Of a stretch of 64,000 nt of DNA, positions 52,701 to 64,000 are shown in pieces. Numbering within the stretch: the first letter of the stretch is position 1; every line of letters starts with the position of its first letter. The notes beneath the pieces were generated by a model. The model made no database searches. It had not been told where the DNA came from and saw only the letters and a program-made list of their open reading frames with translations. Made by a program: the position numbers and the translations under genes. The DNA is from Bugula neritina (lineage: Eukaryota > Animalia > Bryozoa). Location of the stretch: assembly GCA_964035545.1 (NCBI GenBank), contig OZ037767.1, forward strand, positions 29,032,628 to 29,096,627, written 5' to 3'.

Positions 52701-52795
52701 ATGGGAATGCTAGCAGCTGGTAGCTGATCTTCTTGATTAATCGGGTCAGTGGAAATATTTCTACTTTTTGACCTTAAATTATATGGAAGATCCAT
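48317..52795 (-). CDS. EXD1/Egalitarian-like DEDDy exonuclease with C4 motif, copy A3
   Basis: Exons ~52510-52795, 51733-51834, 49860-49964, 48978-49092, 48771-48899, 48317-48573. Open frame; DCE, DCRED and YAATD are intact. Confidence 0.87.
49147..49237. repeat. (GTGTGC)n hexanucleotide microsatellite
   Basis: Seen directly; A2 has a short (GT)n at the same site. Confidence 0.95.
49240..49446 (+). mobile_element. Penelope-like element reverse transcriptase fragment, antisense in intron 3 of A3
   Basis: Translates CITNTERNMIFHARKMLIYQSGQPWSKKGSSLFGITMGSYDGAECCTLVGIF, matching the recalled PLE RT segment IIxHARKSLLF..PWxKK..FDVTMGSYDGAExCELVG. Confidence 0.8.
49447..49830. repeat. Long inverted duplication (arms ~49447-49572 and ~49705-49830) around a loop containing (TA)~36
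   Basis: The left arm ACTTATGAAAATAAAC...CAGCAGTCAGTTATTA is the reverse complement of the right arm TAATAACTGACTGCTG...GTTTATTTTCATAAGT, with only a few mismatches. A2 has a single direct copy. Confidence 0.92.
51051..51714 (-). mobile_element. Solo LTR of an LTR retrotransposon (BEL/Pao-like by TSD length), intron 2 of A3
   Basis: 664 bp, termini TGTTACTGG...CCAGTTACA, 5-bp TSD GTTAC (51046-51050 and 51715-51719). Empty site AAAGTTACGATGAC in A1. Minus-strand TATATAAA (~51404-51411) and AATAAA (~51098-51103). Confidence 0.85.
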
Positions 52796-53274
52796 AATAT
52801 GCCACTGCTTTACAATGGTTAAAAAGTAAATTTCTTATGAAGAGAAGTTTATATCCGAAATGCTTTAGTGTATGTTTCAGAAGATTACTGAGCCTAGGTG
52901 TTAACAAAGAGCAATATTAGTATTGGACTTTTTTAGCTTTAATTATTAGAGATTAGGTATCATAATGTTATGTTTATATAGTTGGAAGAGTATCCACTAC
53001 CACACATATAGCTTTAGTCAAAGTCATGAACAAAGGCTAGGTATTGAATTTGCAAAATAAGCTTTGCTAATCAATGCCTTTTGATAAAAGTCAGTAAAAT
53101 GCTTACAATACAGTTAATATCTGCACTATTGTGTATATACATATTATGTAAAATGATTGTTCACTATACATAGCCATACAAAGGATCAATGGATTGTTAT
53201 TAGAATTCCCTTTTCTTCCCTTGATGCTTGGGCTATAACCTTTTTGTCACAAACGCTGCCATCATTTTCACTTA

Positions 53275-53422
53275 AGAGCAGTAGTAAATAATTGAGATAG
53301 CCTAAGTTTTTACCTTTATTATTAATTTTTGGGTTGGGACATGGGTTGAAAATCTTGTGAGAACAAAACTATATTTCTAATCCAGAACACAGGCTTTTCT
53401 CAATTTCTCCATTTCTGCACCT
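53275..53422. mobile_element. Paralogous, more decayed copy of the 43878-44027 MITE
   Basis: AGAGCAGTAGTAAATAATTGAGA ... TCTCAATTTCTCCATTTCTGCACCT in the same flanking context. Confidence 0.65.
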
Positions 53423-53766
53423 ACCTCATCATCTCTAGCTTTACAATAACTTCGAATAAATAGAAATCATAATAATTATTCTAACCAACTTGATTATTTA
53501 TTTTTCTTTTAATTTGGTGCAACTTGAAACTTGTACTAAAGCACAGCTAGGCACACAGGCATGCAAACACATATAATATATGAGAAATACATTGTTTGAA
53601 ATTGAAAAAAATAATTGACAAAGCTTTCTTTTTCATATTAAGTTTATGCCTTTAGGTTTGCATATGACAGCCAAATTGACACACAATATTCTGGTTACAG
53701 AAAAAGTGGTAATTATGTCTTCTATCATACGTAGAATATTATAGCCATAACGTTTTGCATATAAGA

Positions 53767-56041
53767 TTATATAAATTGCAAACTCATAGACTGCTGTAGA
53801 TTGAGAATAACGTTGCATCTGTGACACTTTTTCTTATACAGGACTTCAGCTTTCCAGTTGCAAATGGTGCACAACTCTCCTGTGGGTGGAAACTTCTCAA
53901 TATTCCAAGCTCCTCCCCTCCTAGTGACTTCTGGAATTATCCTCTCAGGCAGACGTGCAGATTGGAAGTATGGACTACCTTGCTTGTATCCTCCTAAACA
54001 AAGCTGACAATATTAACTTTTACCCTTAGACTTACAGTGATATAGCAAAACTACGATAAAAAAATTGCATTGTGTATTTTAGCTGTTACAACAAACTTGC
54101 GGACAAAAATAAAGTGGACAGAACCATGCGTGTCTTTATAAAAAGTTTTACAGCTTTAAATGTGATACGTAGAACTTTAAGATTTTTGAACTCTTTCTCT
54201 TTTTATTGTAAATTATAAAATCTTCACACAACTGGGATTCAAACCTGAGACCTCAGACGTGCAATTACACCACAGGGGCTACTGGGTATTCTCAATACTA
54301 TATAAATAGAGCCCATTTAAGTAAAAAGGTTTTTGTAACTATCAGTAATTACTTACTATTTTCTCTCATGAAGTCAGCATATCTTTCAGAGGAATACTTA
54401 ACCAGCTCAGTTAAAGTGGCAGCAGGCATTCGGGAGCCTATTCTTTTATAAAGAGCATCTTTCAGCTTTGCCAGATAGTACACTTCTAAAGGAAATAATA
54501 TTAATTGATTTTATTTGATGTTGTATAAGCAAAACATGTGAGGCTTGGAGCAAGAGAACTATAGTCTCAAGTATAAGTTACCAGTTGCAGCATATGGCAT
54601 GTATTTTTCCTTCAATGATTGCTTCTCCCAAAGCTCTTTGTCAGAGTTGAAAGCTCTGAACAAATTTTCTTTGGCAAGAGTTGAAATACTACATCCTAAA
54701 GAATATTACAGATGTTGATTACTCAAATAAAATATAGTTTTCTTTACTAAGCCAGCAGCTAATTGGTTACCATAAACAATCATTGTGGTTGTCTGAAAAT
54801 AAAAGACTTTGAATTTAAAATATTGATGGAAATCATTTCATTTATTCCCAGCATTCATATAATAATTGTATAATATAGCTATTATATATTATATTATAAT
54901 TAATGTGTATAAAATATAAACTTAGCAAAGTTCTAATCATTAGCAAGTAACCTTTTATGTGATATTCAATACATCTGTGGAGGCTCTTTGCCCATTTCCA
55001 TCTTCCATCTTCTATTTCAAGTTTCATTTGAATAGCATTAAGTATTTGAAGGTCTAAGATACCTGTCAAAGTAGTAGGCTATATAACATACAATATATAA
55101 TACTTATATGATACATGTACATCCATAATACATATAATACAACACATGTATAACACATATATGATGCATATATTATAGACTACACAGTCTGGAAACAGAA
55201 AAGAAGTCATGTTATGTAGTAATATACACATAGTAGTATAATAGTAGTATCCACCTGAATTTTAATTAGCACATATATGAGGTACAAAATACTAACTGAC
55301 ATACTAAAAACATCTTTTTGATTGGCTGGTTGATGAAACCACAAAATGATATTGCATGGTAAAAACACATGCTCACTTGAACCCAAAGGACTTACCTTGA
55401 ACTTTGACATCATAGCCATGTTGCAGTATGTTGCAATCTTCTCGGCAATCAAAGAAAAGTTTAGTAATTCCAGCATCTTCTAGCACATCCTTTAAACCTA
55501 AAGTTTGCATGTTCTTACATCGTTAATTTCAATAGTTTGTTAAAACACTTTTTATAATCACTTTTTTTGTTTTAGCTGTTGTTATTGAAAAGGTTGACAT
55601 AGTTTAGGTTAGTTCGAATATTAGTATTGCCAACTGGATATTATAAAAATCAGTAAAACAATACACAAAACTTTTTCATTTTAGCAATTACAAGCTGTAT
55701 CTTACAGACATTTTAATAAAACCAATATAGAGAATTTAGTGATGCCAACACAAATAAATTACCAAAGTGGAAAGAATTTAAATGTCACCTTGATCGAATA
55801 TTTCCCTTCCCAAAACCACCACATCAAAAAGATACACTTTCTGTGTAGTTGCTACTTGAACCAGACACAATTCTCCAAATCTCCCCAAATCTACACCTTC
55901 ACAGTCCACACTTAGCTGAGTTTCTCCTCTCAGAAGTTGTATAACATCTGGTAGCTGATGTTCCTGATCAATCAGTTCCATGGGAATGCTTTCGCTGTCC
56001 ACCCTCAACTCAGAGAAACCAGCCAATTGGTCCTCTGCCAT
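53767..56041 (-). CDS. EXD1-like exonuclease with C4 motif, copy B3 (ExoIII Asp->Glu)
   Basis: Exons ~55789-56041, 55396-55497, 54952-55062, 54582-54696, 54356-54484, 53767-53993. Open frame; YMPYAATE. Confidence 0.86.
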
Positions 56042-56521
56042 AATTTAACTAGGATTAAGAAAACCTCTCTTACTTGAATTACCTTCAGCTTGTTAATTTA
56101 CCAGTTTTTGGTTACAGACTGAGCTTGCGGTTAAAAGAGTTGGTGGCTTTCTTTTGGCTGCATATAGCTTTAAATTGGAAAGTTATGCTTTCAGATTGAA
56201 AGCTATATTCAATAAAAATTCTTTTTTAATTAAAAGACAAATCCAAAGACTGACTGCTTCTAAAAAGAAATTTAATGATAACTTTGGTTAGTCATTAGGA
56301 TAAAAAAGGCAAATGTATGTTCATTGATAAAACTTATTATTAGTATATACTACAAGAAGTATCAGCAAGAAATAGTTGTCAAGTTTATGTTCCTATGCTA
56401 GCAGTTGATCACTAAAATCACAAGATGTACAGTGATTACACAAAGTGTGTTAAACACATCTACACGAATAATATGATATTTTATTGAATATTCAAGCTAT
56501 TACTAGAATAGAAATTAAAAT

Positions 56522-58884
<2,363 letters not shown>

Positions 58885-60563
58885 AATTTATCAATTACTT
58901 AAAAGAAATCGTAAACTTAAAATTTTTCCAGTTGTTTGAAATGAAAACCTCTTGTTCTGAAAAAAGTGACTTTGACTATGGCTATCTATGGCTATAGCTT
59001 TAGTTTTGTACAGCTGATACTGGCTAATTGCACAGTATAAGCTTGAAAGCTATATTCAATACAATTTCCTTTTATTGGACCAAAGCCAAATTTGTAATAC
59101 CAGAAATTTCTAGAAAGCAAAATTTGGTGGAAAGTTCAACAAAGTTACTAAAAGTATGTTTAGCATTTATCAGATAGATAAAGTTATAGTAGCAGCTAAC
59201 TCTCTTCCAAAAACGCACAATTAAAGACTGTTAGAGTTATATCAGTAAATGATTTGTGGAGTGTAGGTGGTGAGTTCACAGTGATGTAAACTGAAATTAA
59301 AATTAGCTATAGCGTCTATAATAATATGCTATGCTAGCCTGTCTATATAGGATGTCACGTAATTCTTTATCCTTTCCCCAGTGTTATAATAATGTATACA
59401 TGGTTATGTAAACACATACAACTACAAAGTACAAACACATACAATGCCGTATGGTTATACTACAGCTTGCTTTAGCATAATATATCCAGTAGTAAGGTGA
59501 GTGGGCTTGAAAGGGTACCAAGATACCCCCACTCTATTTTTAGGTCACATAAATTTAGGCGTACTTCCACCATAATTTTCTTTCATATTCACAAGCCTAT
59601 GTGAAATTAGTAATTATATGGCTAATGGTTGATTGGTTGGACATATGAGATCCTAAAACCAAAATAGATTTTAATAGCCATAGTCATTATATACATTATT
59701 TAGCTTCAAAACTGAACAGTTTCTCCGATTCACCTGTTAAATTTTTTCACATTTTATGCATGCTTTCTTTATAGAAATGCAACGAATTATATAATTAGAA
59801 TTATATTTAATAAGTGTATATGAATAACAAAAGTCATTTTTCTATGTGCAAATCTCAAAGATAACACGGTTTATTTGTGCATGTGAAACAATATATTTTA
59901 TAATTATGTTAAAATATAATATATTTTTATAGTTGAAATTTAATCCAATATTCATCTTTTTTTTCTAGTTTCTTTTGTTTCAAATATAACGACAAGTATA
60001 AAAAAATGTTGATTGTGAAAGAAGATGTTTTACTGTTTCCCCGGCATTAGACTTATAGGAACATAGAGACCCCGTGGCATCTTATAGGCACTAAACTTAG
60101 TAATAAAATATTTTGTACCTGCGCCCAATTTTCTTCAGACCTTGTCCACTAAAAACATCATACTATAATAAAAAGAATTATTTACCATTTTTATTCAGTG
60201 AACCTTTGAATTGTTCTATAAGCAGTGGGGGGCCTAACTCCAAATAAAATTAATTATTTACTGTACTTTTTTCCATTAACCTTACTTTAGTTATTTGTTG
60301 TTAATAGCCATAGCTGTAGCCTTAGCTCAAGTTTTAGTAGCCAGAATTTATGAATGATAATATATTTCATTTTTATTATTCATTTAGAAATAATCTATCA
60401 GTTACAGTTCTAGAATTTTCTCTTGTTATGATAACTTCTGGAATTATTCTTTCTGGTAGACATGAAGTTCAGAAATGTTAATAATCTAAATATTTCACAG
60501 AGTGACAGTTTCAACACAGTCTGACTGTTGAAGCAACATGATTAAAACTCAACATCATCAAAT

Positions 60564-63500
60564 CTAAGATGCCTTGTTTACGGACCGATTTGTTTTGGTC
60601 ACCTCTGGATGATCAATGAGGTAACATCTGTGACACTGTCCACCATGAGGTGTCTCAGTTCTCCAGTTACAACTGATGCATGGCTCTCCTGTGGATGGAA
60701 ACTTCTCAATATTCCAGATACCTCTTCTATTGGTAACTTCTGGAATTATCCTCTCTGGTAGACGGGCATTACAAATGTATGGATTACCCTTCTTGTATCG
60801 ACCTAAACAGAACTGATAGTATTAACCACGATACTTTGTCAGAATATCTCTAGGTTTACTATAGTATAGCAAATTTAAAAATAAAAAAATGGTATTACTT
60901 AAGTGTTTAGTAGCTTTTACAAAAATTTGTGGCCAAAACATCTTATATTTTTATAAGCTGCCTGTTTCAGCGTTTAATGTAGTGAATGTGATGAAAGATT
61001 TCCTAGTAGCCCCTATAGTGTAAAGGTTAGTAAGTTAGAAGTCTGCATTCATTTCATAAGCTATTTCGGCCTGTAAAGTGTGTTGCAGTGTAGTGTATTG
61101 TAGTGTAGTGTATTGTAGTGTAGTGTATTGTAGTGTAATGTATTGTAGTGTATTGTAGTGTAGTGTATTGTAGTGTAGTGTATTGTAGTGTAATGTATTG
61201 TAGTGTAGTGTATTGTAGTGTAGTGTATTGTAGTGTAATGTATTGTAGTGTATTGTATTGTAGTGTAGTGTAGTATAGTATAGGTTAGGTTAGTGTAGTG
61301 GAAGGCTATATTCTTTCTTAAATATTTCCTTTTACTGTAGATCGAGCTGATTTACTTAGTTACAGTTTATAACTATAATACATATAATCTTACTATTTTC
61401 CCTCATGAAGTCAGCATATCTTTCAGAGGAATATTTAACCAGCTCAGTTAAAGTGGCAGCAGGCATTCGTGACCCTATTCTTTTATAAAGAGCATCTTTC
61501 AGCTTTGCCAGATAGTACACATCTACAAGAGATTAAAAACAATAGTCAATAATAAAATTAAAACTCAAAGGGCACTGCAAAAAACTGGCTTTATGTATAA
61601 AAGAAGAGAGCTAATGAGCAGAATATAGATTACCAGTTGCAGCGTACAGCATGTATTCTTCTTTCAATGGTCGTTTCTTCCAAAGCTCTTTGTCTGAATC
61701 AAATGCTTTGTGCATGAATTCCTTAGCATCAGTACCGGAAAAGCCACAACCTAAATTATACCAGGTAAAACCTATTTAGTTGGATATTGTACTAACATAA
61801 GCTACACTACACTAAACTATACTAAAATAAACTACTGCTACTCTAAATTAAGTTAATGTTGCTCCAGATAATGCACTACTCCACTACAACATCAATTAAA
61901 CTATAGTAGGCTACACTATATTGCACTACACTGTACTTCACCAAACTGCACTACACTGCACTACGCAACACTAAATTTGATTCCAAGATATTTCTTATTT
62001 ACCTTTCATGTGATAGTCCATGCATTTTTGAAGGCCACTGACAAATTGGCATCGTTTACCTAAGAGCTTCAGTTGAAAAATGTCAAGCATTTGAATATCT
62101 AAAATCCCTGCAACAGCAGAAATATTGAATTCAACAATTGGTAAAATACATGGGAAACATTTATCACTCTTCCTACAATAGCATGAGACTGCAAAGATTG
62201 TTGCAAAACAATTTGTACGCTACCTTAAGTCTACTTTATGTATAACATTTCACTACTAAATTGATAAGCATTTTTATATAGTTTCCATGTATGATTCTAA
62301 ATATATATTGTGAAATAAGTATATGCATGTTAGATATTATCTTTTAATTTAATATCATAAATAACAACCGTAGAAAAGAAATAATAAAATTTAACATAAT
62401 GGTTAGTAGCACAGAATTGAGATAGCTTGCTTCACAGACAGAAAATCTTTGTTTAAACATAGTCCACACAGAGCAGTTACACTGTACAGCTGAGTAAGCC
62501 CATCAAATGTTCTACATTTTTAGAACTTTCATACCATATTCACTTTCAAAATTCTTTAGCTAAAACTTGTAGCATTTCTTACGATATGGAGGCTCAGGAA
62601 TCTAATAACCTTTAGCTAGATCTACACATAATTCAACATTTCCTATAAATTAATATTGCAGTGTGATATTACTGCTTATTGTAGCGGCTTTTTTTCATGT
62701 AAATTCTTTATCTTGGTTAGCTTACATATTTTTAATCATGAAACATGGGTGCATAAATATATAACTATATATATACATTAATGTACTGAAATGCTATAGA
62801 TATTTCCTTTGCAATAACGTATTTATCAGTTACTGATATGTAGACGCCCTAACTAACTGGTAACTTATGAGATATTGAAATACTCAAGTATCAATAACAA
62901 GTAGTTCTAGTTGACATGACCCTTCCTTTACCTTGAACTTTGACATCATATTGATGCTGCAGCATGTTGCAATCTTCTCGACAATCAAAGAAAAGTTTAG
63001 TTATTCTAGCATCTTCCAGCACATTTCTAAAGCCTAAAACCACCACACCATCATGATAACAATTTCTTGTCTTGTATTAATGTATTATGTTACAATCATA
63101 TATTTTGTTCTCAGCAGTTATTTGTGTAGTGTTGGGATTACCCAGTAGTCCCTGCGGTGTAATGGTAGAGCGCCTAACTCGAATCTCAGAGTGGGCAAAA
63201 GTCTTATAATTTATAAATCGAAGATAGCATAATGTCAAAAATATATTCTTATATTCTAAAAATTGAAAGCTGCAAACATACCAAATACAAGATATTTACT
63301 GTGAATGCGAGATTTTTCTGGTTATTCACTTCATTATAAAATTTAATATACATTCCGTTATACTTTGAAAAAGTGACTACAAGATGGAATCTGGCTGAGC
63401 GTTTACGAACAACCCGGACTTAAGAATTTCAGGATACAAAGCTGCAAGTCTTATAATATAGTATTGATACATCCAGAACTTTGGTAACAAAGCTTACCTT

Positions 63501-63750
63501 GATCGAATATCTTTCTCCCCAAGACCACCACATCAAAGAGATACACCTTCTGTGTAGTTGCTACTTGAACCAGACACAACTCTCCAAATCTCCCCAGCTC
63601 CACACCTTCACAGTCCACACTCAGCTGAGTTTCTTCTCTCAGGAGTTGTATAACATCTGGTAGCTGATGTTCCTGGTCAATCAGTTCTATGGGAATGCTA
63701 CTGCTGCTTGACTGTAGCATAGATAACACAGCTGAACTTTTGGCAGCCAT
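60564..63750 (-). CDS. EXD1/Egalitarian-like DEDDy exonuclease with C4 motif, copy D (catalytic residues intact)
   Basis: Exons ~63498-63750, 62933-63033, 62003-62107, 61634-61750, 61395-61522, 60564-60802 (LPERIIPEV..CISCNWRTETPHGGQCHRC). Open frame. Confidence 0.88.
61085..61300. repeat. (GTAGT/GTATT)n pentanucleotide microsatellite
   Basis: Seen directly in intron 5 of copy D. Confidence 0.93.
63138..63218 (+). mobile_element. tRNA-derived SINE-like head (degenerate), intron 1 of copy D
   Basis: TACCCAGTAGTCCCTGCGGTGTAATGGTAGAGCGCC..CTCGAATCTCAG..TTATAATTTATA. It shares its start and tail with the 35866-35948 element but sits at a non-paralogous site and in the opposite orientation. Confidence 0.5.
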
Positions 63751-64000
63751 TACAATGAATGTTAGGTGTATCTTAGTCTTCGAACAGTTACAGAATGCTG
63801 CCAGAATTGAAGTGAACTTAGATTAGCTTTAGCATTAGATGCATGACCAATAAACTAAAATTAATGATAGCTATATAGTTACAGCTATAGCCATACTGTA
63901 GCCTTCAATTTCTTGAAAGAGTATTTGCTCTCAGTTGGGAAGGCAGCTTTGATCACACTGAAGCCACGATTCTTGAAAAAACTAAACAAGAAAGTTTCTC

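Overview
AT-rich, intron-rich animal (invertebrate-type) genomic DNA. All host protein-coding genes lie on the minus strand. Left to right: (1) TRAPPC10, about 19 GT-AG exons from ATG 13382, with its 3' end running off the left edge. (2) Two tandem six-exon TMEM45-family paralogues (14731-20677 and 24167-27744). (3) A 33-kb tandem array of eight full-length six-exon genes plus two orphan exon-4/5 fragments. These encode about 300-350 aa proteins with an EXD1/Egalitarian-like DEDDy 3'-5' exonuclease domain and a C-terminal CxxC-x(10-12)-CxxC putative zinc finger, and have no Lsm domain. The array has four subtypes (here A-D) and was shaped by a ~9-10 kb segmental triplication plus gene conversion. 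A and D copies keep all catalytic residues, B copies have ExoIII Asp->Glu (one is also frameshifted), and the C copy has ExoI Glu->Ala. All five introns are phase 1. The array also holds a solo LTR with a 5-bp TSD, complementary pieces of one Penelope-like element (RT piece, GIY-YIG C-terminus, mutated minimal hammerhead ribozyme), a ~125-bp-arm inverted duplication, a MITE and tRNA-derived SINE heads. Several minisatellites in the window are seeded on exon-intron junctions. Exon coordinates were read by eye and may be off by a few bases. Family assignments come from recalled motifs, not database searches.
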